Source: Auanema rhodensis (Eukaryota; Animalia; Nematoda). From it: DNA of 64,000 nucleotides. The stretch spans positions 11,532,001-11,596,000 of the forward strand of contig OZ059895.1 of the NCBI GenBank assembly GCA_964057225.1, in the 5' to 3' direction. Both the position numbers and the translations under genes were made by a program. The notes under the pieces were generated by a model, which was not told where the DNA came from, did no database searches, and saw only the letters and a program-made list of their open reading frames with translations. This document shows, piece after piece, positions 13,021 through 26,700 of this stretch; position 1 is the first letter of the stretch, and the number at the start of each line of letters is the position of its first letter.

Positions 13021-16000
13021 AAAAATGTAACGAGGATAAGTATGTAAATGATTGAATATCAGATATTTTCGCTTAGGACCATACCACGTTGAAAGTACGC
13101 CATGCCGCTGATTTTCAATTTTAACTCTTTTGTAACAAATGTTTTCAATTTTTTAGCAGTTTTACTTAGATAGCTCAACCCAAGGCAGCAAATTATCTTC
13201 AATATTATTTCTATCTTACAGTTATAAACCAATAGTTAATGAACCATCATCTTACCCTTACCGTTTCTATCGATTTCCTATCGAAACCAACTTTGTTCAA
13301 AAACTATACAACTGTGTAACCTTTTTTAATTTCTTGTATTTGGAGCTCATAAGCTTTGATATCATTGAGGAATCCAGATAGAACGTGGAAAATTACGTAA
13401 CTAACATGAAATTGGAAGAAACTATAACGAGGATAAGTATGTGAAACATTGAATATCAGATATTTTCGCTTAGGACCATACCACGTTGAAAGTACGCCAT
13501 GCCGCTGATTTTCAATTTTAACTCTTTTGTAACAAATGTTTTCAATTTTTAAGCAGTTTTACTTAGATAGCTCAACCCAAGGCAGCAAATTATCTTCAAT
13601 ATTATTTCTATCTTACAGTTATAAACCAATAGTTAATGAACCATCATCTTACCCTTACCGTTTCTATCGATTTCCTATCGAAACCAACTTTGTTCAAAAA
13701 CTATACAACTGTGAAACCTTATTTAATTTCTTGTATTTGGAGCTCATGAGATTTGATATCATTGAGGGATCCAGATAGAACGTGGAAAATTACATAACTA
13801 CCATGAAATTGGGAAAAAATTATAACGAGGATAAGTATGTAAATCATTGATTATCAGATATTTTCGCTTACGACCATACCACGTTAAAAGTACGCCATGC
13901 CGCTGATTTTCAATTTTAACTCTTCTGTAACGAATGTTTTCAATTTTCAAGCAGTTTTACTTAGAAAGCTCAACCCAAGGCAGCAAATTATCTTCAATAT
14001 TATTTCTATCTTACAGTTATAAACCAGTAGTGAATGAACCATAATCTTACCCTTACCGTTTCTATCTATTTCCTATCGAAACCAACTTTGTTCAAAAACT
14101 ATACAACTGTGAAACCTTTTTTAATTTCTTGTATTTGGAGCTCATAAGATTTGATATCATTGAGGGATCCAGATAGAACGTGGAAAATTACATAACTACC
14201 ATGAAATTGGGAAAAAATTGTAACGAGGATAAGTATGTAAATCATTGAATATCAGATATTTTCGCTTAGGACCATACCACGTTGAAAGTACGCCATGCCG
14301 CTGATTTTCAATATTAACTCTTTTGTAACAAATGTTTTCAATTTTCAAGCAGTTTTACTCAGATAGCTTAACCCAAGGCAGCAAATTATCTTCAATATTA
14401 TTCCTATCTTACAGTTATAAACCAATAGTTAATGAACCATCATCTTACCTTTACTGTTTCTATCTATTTCCTATCGAAACCAACTTTGTTCAAAAACTAT
14501 ACAACTGTGAAACCTTTTTTAATTTCTTGTATTTGGAGCTCATAAGATTTGATATCATTGAGGGATCCAGATTGAACGTGGAAAATTACATAACTACCAT
14601 GAAATGGAGAAAAAAATTGTAACGAGGATAAGTATGTAAATCATTGAATATCAGATATTTTCGCTTAGGACCATACCACGTTGAAAGTACGCCATGCCGC
14701 TGATTTTCAATTTTAACTCTTTTGTAACAAATGTTTTCAATTTTTAAGCAGTTTTACTTAGATAGCTCAACCCAAGGCAGCAAATTATCTTTAATCTTTT
14801 TTCTATCTTACAGTTATAAACCAGTAGTGAATGAACCATCATCTTACCCTTACCGTTTCTATCTATTTCCTATCGAAACCAACTTTGTTCAAAAACTATA
14901 CAACTGTGAAACCTTTCTTAATTTCTTGTATTTGGAGCTCATAAGATTTGATATCATTGAGGGATCCAGATAGAACGTGGAAAATTACGTAACTAACATG
15001 AAATTGGAAAAAACTATAACGAGGATAAGTATGTAAATCATTGAATATCAGATATTTTCGCTTACGACCATACCACGTTGAAAGTACGCCATGCCGCTGA
15101 TTTTCAATTTTAACTCTTCTGTAACAAATGTTTTCAATTTTCAAGCAGTTTTACTTAGATAGCTCAACCCAAGGCAGCAATTTATCTTCAATATTATTTC
15201 TATCTTACAGTTATAAACCAATAGTTAATGAATCATCTTACCCTTACCGTTTCTATCTATTTCCTATCGAAACCAACTTTGTTCAAAAACTATACAACTG
15301 TGAAACCTTTTTTAATTTCTTGTATTTGGAGCTCATAAGATTTGATATCATTGAGGGATCCAGATAGAACGTGGAAAATTACATAACTACCATGAAATTG
15401 GGAAAAAATTATAACGAGGATAAGTATGTAAATCATTGAATATCAGATATTTTCGTTTACGACCATACCACGTTGAAAGTACGCCATGCCGCTGATTTTC
15501 AATTTTAACTCTTCTGTAACGAATGTTTTCAATTTTCAAGCAGTTTTACTTAGAAAGCTCAACCCAAGGCAGCAAAGTATCTTCAATATTATTTCTATCT
15601 TACAGTTATAAACCAATAGTTAATGAATCATCATCTTACCCTTACCGTTTCTATCTATTTCCTATCGAAAGCAACTTTGTTCAAACACTATACAACTGTG
15701 AAACCTTTTTTAATTTCTTGTATTTGGAGCTCATAAGATTTGATATCATTGAGGGATCCAGATAGAACGTGGAAAATTACATAACTACCATGAAATTGGG
15801 AAAAAATTGTAACGAGGATAAGTATGTAAATCATTGAATATCAGATATTTTCGCTTAGGACCATACCACGTTGAAAGTACGCCATGCCGCTGATTTTCGA
15901 TTTTAACTCTTTTGTAACAAATGTTTTCAATTTTTAAGCAGTTTTACTTAGATAGCTCAACCCAAGGCAGCAAATTATCTTCAATCTTTTTTCTATCTTA

Positions 16001-18529
16001 CAGTTATAAACCAGTAGTGAATGAACCATCATCTTACCCGTACCGTTTCTATCAATTTCCTATCGAAAGCAACTTTGTTCAAAAACTATACAACTGTGAA
16101 ACATTTTTTAATTTCTTGTATTTGGAGCTCATAAGCTTTGATATCATTGAGGAATCCAGATAGAACGTGGAAAATTACGTAACTAGCATAAAATTGGAAG
16201 AAACTATAACGAGGATAAGTATGTGAAACATTGAATATCAGATATTTTCGCTTAGGACCATACCACGTTGAAAGTACGCCATGCCGCTGATTTTCAATTT
16301 TAACTCTTTTGTAACAAATGTTTTCAATTTTTAAGCAGTTTTACTTAGATAGCTCAACCCAAGGCAGCAATTTATCTTCAATATTATTTCTATCTTACAG
16401 TTATAAACCAATAGTTAATGAATCATCATCTTACCCTTACCGTTTCTATCTATTTCCTATCGAAAGCAACTTTGTTCAAACACTATACAACTGTGAAACC
16501 TTTTTTAATTTCTTGTATTTGGAGCTCATAAGATTTGATATCATTGAGGGATCCAGATAGAACGTGGAAAATTACATAACTACCATGAAATTGGGAAAAA
16601 ATTGTAACGAGGATAAGTATGTAAATCATTCAATATCAGATATTTTCCCTTACGACCATACCACGTTGAAAGTACGCCATGCCGCTGATTTTCAATTTTA
16701 ACTCTTCTGTAACGAATGTTTTCAATTTTCAAGCAGTTTTACTTAAAAAGCTCAACCCAAGGCAGCAAATTATCTTCAATATTATTTCTATCTTACAGTT
16801 ATAAACCAATAGTTAATGAACCATCATCTTACCTTTACTGTTTCTATCTATTTCCTATCGAAAGCAACTTTGTTCAAACACTATACAACTTTGAAACCTT
16901 TTTTAATTTCTTGTATTTGGAGCTCATAAGATTTGATATCATTGAGGGATCCAGATAGAACGTGGAAAATTACGTAACTAACATGAAATTGGGAAAAAAT
17001 TATAACGAGGATAAGTATGTAAATCATTGAATATCAGATATTTTCGCTTACGACCATACCACGTTGAAAGTACGCCATGCCGCTGATTTTCAATTTTAAC
17101 TCTTCTGTATTAAATGTTTTCAATTTTCAAGCAGTTTTACTCAGATAGCTTAACCCAAGGCAGCAAATTATCTTCAATCTTTTTTCTATCTTATAGTTAT
17201 GAACCAGTAGTGAATGAACCATCATCTTACCCTTACCGTTTCTATCTATTTCCTATCGAAACCAACTTTGTTCAAAAACTATACAACTGTGAAACCTTTT
17301 TTAATTTCTTGTATTTGGAGCTCATAAGATTTGATATCATTGAGGGATCCAGATAGAACGTGGAAAATTACGTAACTAACATGAAAGTGGAGAAAACTAT
17401 AACGAGGATAAGTATGTAAATCATTGAATATCAAATATTTTTGCTTACAACTATACCACGTTGTAAGTACGCCATGCCGCTGATTTTCAATTTTAACTCT
17501 TTTGTAACAAATGTTTTCAATTTTCAAGCAGTTTTACTCAGATAGCTTAACCCAAGGCAGCAAATTATCTACAATATTATTTCTATCTTACAGTTATAAA
17601 CCCATAGTTAATGAACCATCATCTTACCCTTACCGTTTCTATCTATTTCCTATCGAAACCAACTTTGTTCAAAAACTATACAACTGTGAAACCTTTTTTA
17701 ATTTCTTGTATTTGGAGCTCATAAGATTTGATATCATTGAGGGATCCAGATAGAACGTGGAAAATTACGTAACTAACATGAAATTGGGAAAAAATTATAA
17801 CGAGGATAAGTATGTAAATCATTGAATATCAGATATTTTCGCTTACGACCATACCACGTTGAAAGTACGCCATGCCGCTGATTTTCAATTTTAACTCTTC
17901 TGTAACAAATGTTTTCAATTTTCAAGCAGTTTTACTTAGATAGGTCAACCCAAGGCAGCAATTTATCTTCAATATTATTTCTATCTTACAGTTATAAACC
18001 AATAGTTAATGAATCATCATCTTGCCCTTACCGTTTCTATCTATTTCCTATCGAAACCAACTTTGTTCAAAAACTATACAACTGTGAAACCTTTTTTAAT
18101 TTCTTGTATTTGGAGCTCATAAGATTTGATATCATTGAGGGATCCAGATAGAACGTGGAAAATTACATAACTACCATGAAATTGGGAAAAAATTGTAACG
18201 AGGATAAGTATGTAAATCATTGAATATCAGATATTTTCGCTTACGACCATACCACGTTAAAAGTACGCCAATCCGCTGATTTTCAATTTTAACTCTGCTG
18301 TAACGAATGTTTTCAATTTTCAAGCAGTTTTACTTAGAAAGCTCAACCCAAGGCAGCAAATTATCTTCAATATTATTTCTATCTTACAGTTATAAACCAG
18401 TAGTGAATGAACCATCATCTTACCCTTACCGTTTCTATCTATTTCCTATCGAAACCAACTTTGTTCAAAAACTATACAACTGTGAAACCTTTTTTAATTT
18501 CTTGTATTTGGAGCTCATAAGATTTGATA

Positions 18530-21500
18530 TCATTGAGAGATCCAGATAGAACGTGGAAAATTACGTAACTAACATGAAATTGGGAAAAAATTATAACGAG
18601 GATAAGTATGTAAATCATTGAATATCAGATATTTTCGCTTACGACCATACCACGTTGAAAGTACGCCATGCCGCTGATTTTCAATTTTAACTCTTCTGTA
18701 ACAAATGTTTTCAATTTTCAAGCAGTTTTACTTAGATAGCTCAACCCAAGGCAGCAATTTATCTTCAATATTATTTCTATCTTACAGTTATAAACCAATA
18801 GTTAATGAATCATCATCTTACCCTTACCGTTTCTATCTAATTCCTATCGAAAGCAACTTTGTTCAAACACTATACAACTGTGAAACCTTTTTTAATTTCT
18901 TGTATTTGGAGCTCATAAGATTTGATATCATTGAGGGATCCAGATAGAACGTGGAAAATTACATAACTACCATGAAATTGGGAAAAAATTGTAACGAGGA
19001 TAAGTATGTAAATAATTCAATATCAGATATTTTCGCTTACGACCATACCACGTTGAAAGTACGCCATGCCGCTGATTTTCAATTTTAACTCTTCTGTAAC
19101 GAATGTTTTCAATTTTCAAGCAGTTTTACTTAGAAAGCTCAACCCAAGGCAGCAAATTATCTTCAATATTATTTCTATCTTACAGTTATAAACCAATAGT
19201 TAATGAACCATCATCTTACTTTTACTGTTTCTATCTAATTCCTATCGAAAGCAACTTTGTTCAAACACTATACAACTGTGAAACCTTTTTTAATTTCTTG
19301 TATTTGGAGCTCATAAGATTTGATATCATTGAGGGATTTAGATAGAACGTGGAAAATTACATAACTACCATGAAATTGGAAAAAACTATAACGAGGATAA
19401 GTATGTAAATCATTGAATATCAGATATTTTTGCTTACAACTATAGCACGTTGTAAGTACGCCATGCCGCTGATTTTCAATTTTAACTCTTTTGTAACAAA
19501 TGTTTTCAATTTTCAAGCAGTTTTACTCAGATAGCTTAACCCAAGGCAGCAAATTATCTACAATATTATTTCTATCTTACAGTTATAAACCCATAGTTAA
19601 TGAATCATCATCTTACTTTTACTGTTTCTATCTATTTCCTATCGAAAGCAACTTTGTTCAAACACTATACAACTGTGAAACCTTTTCTAATTTCTTGTAT
19701 TTGGAGCTCATAAGATATGATATCATTGAGGGATCCAGATAGAACGTGGAAAATTACGTAACTAACATGAAATTGGAAAAAACTATAACGAGGATAAGTA
19801 TGTGAATCATTGAATATCAGATATTTTCGCTTAGGACCATACCACGTTGAAAGTACGCCATGCCGCTGATTTTCAATTTTAACTCTTTTGTAACAAATTT
19901 TTTCAATTTTCAAGCAGTTTTACTCAGATAGCTTAACCCAAAGCAGCAAATTATCTTCAATATTATTTCTATCTTACAGTTATAAACCAATAGTTAATGA
20001 ACCATCATCTTACCTTTACTCTTTCTATCTATTTCCTATCGAAAGCAACTTTGTTCAAACACTATACAACTGTGTAACCTTTTTTAATTTCTTGTATTTG
20101 GAGCTCATAAGATTTGATATCATCGAGGGATCCAGATAGAACGTGGAAAATTACGTAACTAACATGAAATTGGAAAAAACTATAACGAGGATAAGTATGT
20201 AAATCATTGAATACCAGATATTTTTGCTTACAACTATACCACGTTGTAAGTACACCATGCCGCTGATTTTCAATTTTAACTCTTTTGTAACAAATGTTTT
20301 CAATTTTCAAGCAGTTTTACTCAGATAGCTTAACCCAAGGCAGCAAATTATATTCAATATTATTTCTATCTTACAGTTATAAACCAAAAGTTAATGAACC
20401 ATCATCTTACCTTTACTGTTTCTATCTATTTCCTATCGAGAGCAACTTTGTTCAAACACTATACAACTGTGAAACCTTTTTTAATTTCTTGTATTTGGAG
20501 CTCATAAGATTTGATGTCATCGAGGGATCCAGATAGAACGTGGAAAATTACGTAACTAACATGAAATTGGAAAAAACTATAACGAGGATAAGTATGTAAA
20601 TCATTAAATACCAGATATTTTTGCTTACAACTATACCACGTTGTAAGTACACCATGCCGCTGATTTTCAATTTTAACTCTTTTGTAACAAATGTTTTCAA
20701 TTTTCAAGCAGTTTTACTCAGATAGCTTAACCCAAGGCAGCAAATTATCTTCAATATTATTTCTATCTTACAGTTATAAACCAATAGTTAATGAACCATC
20801 ATCTTACCTTTACTGTTTCTATCTAATTCCTATCGAAAGCAACTTTGTTCAAACACTATACAACTGTGAAACCTTTTTTAATTTCTTGTATTTGGAGCTC
20901 ATAAGATTTGATATCATTGAGAGATCCAGATAGAACGTGGAAAATTACGTAACTAACATGAAATTGGGAAAAAATTATAACGAGGATAAGTATGTAAATC
21001 ATTGAATATCAGATATTTTCGCTTACGACCATACCACGTTGAAAGTACGCCATGCCGCTGATTTTCAATTTTAACTCTTCTGTAACAAATGTTTTCAATT
21101 TTCAAGCAGTTTTACTTAGATAGCTCAACCCAAGGCAGCAATTTATCTTCAATATTATTTCTATCTTACAGTTATAAACCAATAGTTAATGAATCATCAT
21201 CTTACCCTTACCGTTTCTATCTATTTCCTATCGAAAGCAACTTTGTTCAAACACTATACAACTGTGAAACCTTTTTTAATTTCTTGTATTTGGAGCTCAT
21301 AAGATTTGATATCATTGAGGGATCCAGATAGAACGTGGAAAATTACATAACTACCATGAAATTGGGAAAAAATTGTAACGAGGATAAGTATGTAAATAAT
21401 TCAATATCAGATATTTTCGCTTACGACCATACCACGTTGAAAGTACGCCATGCCGCTGATTTTCAATTTTAACTCTTCTGTAACGAATGTTTTCAATTTT

Positions 21501-23700
21501 CAAGCAGTTTTACTTAGAAAGCTCAACCCAAGGCAGCAAATTATCTTCAATATTATTTCTATCTTACAGTTATAAACCAATAGTTAATGAACCATCATCT
21601 TACTTTTACTGTTTCTATCTAATTCCTATCGAAAGCAACTTTGTTCAAAAACTATACAACTGTGAAACCTTTTTAATTTCTTGTATTTGGAGCTCATAAG
21701 ATTTGATATCATTGAGGGATCCAGATAGAACGTGGAAAATTACGTAACTAACATGAAAGTGGAGAAAACTATAACGAGGATAAGTATGTAAATCATTGAA
21801 TATCAAATATTTTTGCTTACAACTATACCACGTTGTAAGTACGCCATGCCGCTGCTTTTCAATTTTAACTCTTTTGTAACAAATGTTTTCAATTTTCAAG
21901 CAGTTTTACTCAGATAGCTTAACCCAAGGCAGCAAATTATCTTCAATATTATTTCTATCTTACAGTTATAAACCAATAGTTAATGAACCATCATCATACC
22001 TTTACTGTTTCTCTCTATTTCCTATCGAAAGCAACTTTGTTCAAACACTATACAACTGTGAAACCTTTTTTAATTTCTTGTATTTGGAGCTCATAAGATT
22101 TGATATCATTGAGGGATTTAGATAGAACGTGGAAAATTACATAACTACCATGAAATTGGAAAAAACTATAACGAGGATAAGTATGTAAATCATTGAATAT
22201 CAGATATTTTTGCTTACAACTATAGCACGTTGTAAGTACGCCATGCCGCTGATTTTCAATTTTAACTCTTTTGTAACAAATGTTTTCAATTTTCAAGCAG
22301 TTTTACTCAGATAGCTTAACCCAAGGCAGCAAATTATCTACAATATTATTTCTATCTTACAGTTATAAACCCATAGTTAATGAATCATCATCTTACTTTT
22401 ACTGTTTCTATCTATTTCCTATCGAAAGCAACTTTGTTCAAACACTATACAACTGTGAAACCTTTTCTAATTTCTTGTATTTGGAGCTCATAAGATATGA
22501 TATCATTGAGGGATCCAGATAGAACGTGGAAAATTACGTAACTAACATGAAATTTCAAAAAACTATAACGAGGATAAGTATGTGAATCATTGAATATCAG
22601 ATATTTTCGCTTAGGACCATACCACGTTGAAAGTACGCCATGCCGCTGATTTTCAATTTTAACTCTTTTGTAACAAATTTTTTCAATTTTCAAGCAGTTT
22701 TACTCAGATAGCTTAACCCAAAGCAGCAAATTATCTTCAATATTATTTCTATCTTACAGTTATAAACCAATAGTTAATGAACCATCATCTTACCTTTACT
22801 CTTTCTATCTATTTCCTATCGAAAGCAACTTTGTTCAAACACTATACAACTGTGAAACCTTTTTTAATTTCTTGTATTTGGAGCTCATAAGATTTGATAT
22901 CATCGAGGGATCCAGATAGAACGTGGAAAATTACGTAACTAACATGAAATTGGAAAAAACTATAACGAGGATAAGTATGTAAATCATTGAATACCAGATA
23001 TTTTTGCTTACAACTATACCACGTTGTAAGTACACCATGCCGCTGATTTTTAATTTTAACTCTTTTGTAACAAATGTTTTCAATTTTCAAGCAGTTTTAC
23101 TCAGATAGCTTAACCCAAGGCAGCAAATTATATTCAATATTATTTCTATCTTACAGTTATAAACCAAAAGTTAATGAACCATCATCTTACCTTTACTGTT
23201 TCTATCTATTTCCTATCGAGAGCAACTTTGTTCAAACACTATACAACTGTGAAACCTTTTTTAATTTCTTGTATTTGGAGCTCATAAGATTTGATGTCAT
23301 CGAGGGATCCAGATAGAACGTGGAAAATTACGTAACTAACATGAAATTGGAAAAAACTATAACGAGGATAAGTATGTAAATCATTAAATACCAGATATTT
23401 TTGCTTACAACTATACCACGTTGTAAGTACACCATGCCGCTGATTTTCAATTTTAACTCTTTTGTAACAAATGTTTTCAATTTTCAAGCAGTTTTACTCA
23501 GATAGCTTAACCCAAGGCAGCAAATTATCTTCAATATTATTTCTATCTTACAGTTATAAACCAATAGTTAATGAACCATCATCTTACCTTTACTGTTTCT
23601 ATCTAATTCCTATCGAAAGCAACTTTGTTCAAACACTATACAACTGTGAAACCTTTTTTAATTTCTTGTATTTGGAGCTCATAAGATTTGATATCATTGA
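18530..23700 (+). repeat. Duplicated block: a 6-monomer copy followed by a 7-monomer copy carrying one extra chimeric monomer
   Basis: Offset is 2384 for GAGAGATCC and AATAATTCAA (monomers 18705/21089, 19103/21487). It then becomes 2780 for TATAGCACG, CCTTTTCTAA, TACTCTTTC and ACCAAAAG (19500/22280, 19897/22677, 20294/23074, 20691/23471). Confidence 0.88.
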
Positions 23701-26700
23701 GAAATTTAGATAGAACGTGGAAAATTACATAACTACCATGAAATTGGAAAAAACTATAACGAGGATAAGTATGTGAATCATTGAATATCAGATATTTTCG
23801 CTTAGGACCATACCACGTTGAAAGTACGCCATGCCGCTGATTTTCAATTTTAACTCTTTTGTAACAAATTTTTTCAATTTTCAAGCAGTTTTACTCAGAT
23901 AGCTTAACCCAAAGCAGCAAATTATCTTCAATATTATTTCTATCTTACAGTTATAAACCAATAGTTAATGAACCATCATCTTACCTTTACTGTTTCTATC
24001 TATTTCCTATCGAAAGCAACTTTGTTCAAACACTATACAACTGTGACACCTTTTTTAATTTCTTGTATTTGGAGTTCATAAGATTTGATATCATCGAGGG
24101 ATCCAGATAGAACGTGGAAAATTACATAACTAACATGAAATTGGGAAAAAATTATAACGAGGATAAGTATGTGAAACATTGATTATCAGATATTTTCGCT
24201 TAGGACCATACCACGTTGAAAGTACGCCATGCCGCTGATTTTCAATTTTAACTCTTCTGTATTAAATGTTTTCAATTTTCAAGCAGTTTTACTCAGATAG
24301 CTTAACCCAAGGCAGCAAATTATCTTCAATATTATTTCTATCTTACAGTTATAAACCAATAGTTAATGAACCATCATCTTACCTTTACTGTTTCTATCTA
24401 TTTCCTATCGAAAGCAACTTCGTTCAAACACTATACAACTGTGAAACCTTTTTTAATTTCTTGTATTTGTAGCTCATAAGATTTGATATCATTGAGGGAT
24501 TTAGATAGAACGTGGAAAATTACATAACTACCATGAAATTGGAAAAAACTATAACGAGGATAAGTATGTGAAACATTGATTATCAGATATTTTCGCTTAG
24601 GACCATACCACGTTGAAAGTACGCCATGCCGCTGATTTTCAATTTTAACTCTTTTGTAACAAATGTTTTCAATTTTCAAGCAGTTTTACTCAGATAGCTT
24701 AACCCAAGGCAGCAAATTATCTTCAATATTATTTCTATCTTACAGTTATAAACCAATAGTTAATGAACCATCATCTTACCCTTACCGTTTCTATCTATTT
24801 CCTAACGAAACCAACTTTGTTCAAAAACTATACAACTGTGAAACCTTTTTTAATTTCTTGTATTTGGAGCTTATAAGCTTTGATATCATTGAGGAATCCA
24901 GATAGAACGTGGAAAATTACGTAACTAACATGAAATTGGAAGAAACTATAACGAGGATAAGTATGTGAATCATTGAATATCAGATATTTTCGCTTAGGAC
25001 CATACCACGTTGAAAGTACGCCATGCCGCTGATTTTCAATTTTAACTCTTCTGTATTAAATGTTTTCAATTTTCAAGCAGTTTTACTCAGATAGCTTAAC
25101 CCAAGGCAGCAAATTATCTTCAATATTATTTCTATCTTACAGTTATAAACCAATAGTTAATGAACCATCATCTTACCTTTACCGTTTCTATCTATTTCCT
25201 AACGAAACCAACTTTGTTCAAAAACTATACAACTGTGAAACCTTTTTTAATTTCTTGTATTTGGAGCTTATAAGCTTTGATATCATTGAGGAATCCAGAT
25301 AGAACGTGGAAAATTACGTAACTAACATGAAATTGGAAGAAACTATAACGAGGATAAGTATGTGAATCATTGAATATCAGATATTTTCGCTTAGGACCAT
25401 ACCACGTTGAAAGTACGCCATGCCGCTGATTTTCAATTTTAACTCTTCTGTATTAAATGTTTTCAATTTTCAAGCAGTTTTACTCAGATAGCTTAACCCA
25501 AGGCAGCAAATTATCTTCAATATTATTTCTATCTTACAGTTATAAACCAATAGTTAATGAACCATCATCTTACCTTTACTGTTTCTATCTATTTCCTATC
25601 GAAAGCAACTTCGTTCAAACACTATACAACTGTGAAACCTTTTTTAATTTCTTGTATTTGTAGCTCATAAGATTTGATATCATTGAGGGATTTAGATAGA
25701 ACGTGGAAAATTACATAACTACCATGAAATTGGAAAAAACTATAACGAGGATAAGTATGTAAATCATTGAATATCAGATATTTTTGCTTACGACCATACC
25801 AAGTTGAAAGTACGCCATGACGCTGATTTTCAATTTTAACTCTTTTGTAACAAATGTTTTCAATTTTCAAGCAGTTTTACTCAGATAGCTTAACCCAAGG
25901 CAGCAAATTATCTTCAATATTATTTCTATCTTACAGTTATAAACCAATAGTTAATGAACCATCATCTTACCTTTACTGTTTCTATCTATTTCCTATCGAA
26001 AGCAACTTTGTTCAAACACTATACAACTGTGACACCTTTTTTAATTTCTTGTATTTGGAGTTCATAAGATTTGATATCATTGAGGGATTTAGATAGAACG
26101 TGGAAAATTACATAACTACCATGAAATTGGAAAAAACTATAACGAGGATAAGTATGTAAATCATTGAATATCAGATATTTTTGCTTACGACCATACCAAG
26201 TTGAAAATACGCCATGACGCTGATTTTCAATTTTAACTCTTTTGTAACAAATGTTTTCAATTTTCAAGCAGTTTTACTCAGATAGCTTAACCCAAGGCAG
26301 CAAATTATCTTCAATATTATTTCTATCTTACAGTTATAAACCAATAGTTAATGAACCATCATCTTACCTTTACTGTTTCTATCTATTTCCTATCGAGAGC
26401 AACTTTGTTCAAACACTATACAACTGTGAAACCTTTTTTAATTTCTTGTATTTGGAGCTCATAAGATTTGATGTCATCGAGGGATCCAGATAGAACGTGG
26501 AAAATTACGTAACTAACATGAAATTGGAAAAAACTATAACGAGGATAAGTATGTAAATCATTAAATACCAGATATTTTTGCTTACAACTATACCACGTTG
26601 TAAGTACACCATGCCGCTGATTTTCAATTTTAACTCTTTTGTAACAAATGTTTTCAATTTTCAAGCAGTTTTACTCAGATAGCTTAACCCAAGGCAGCAA

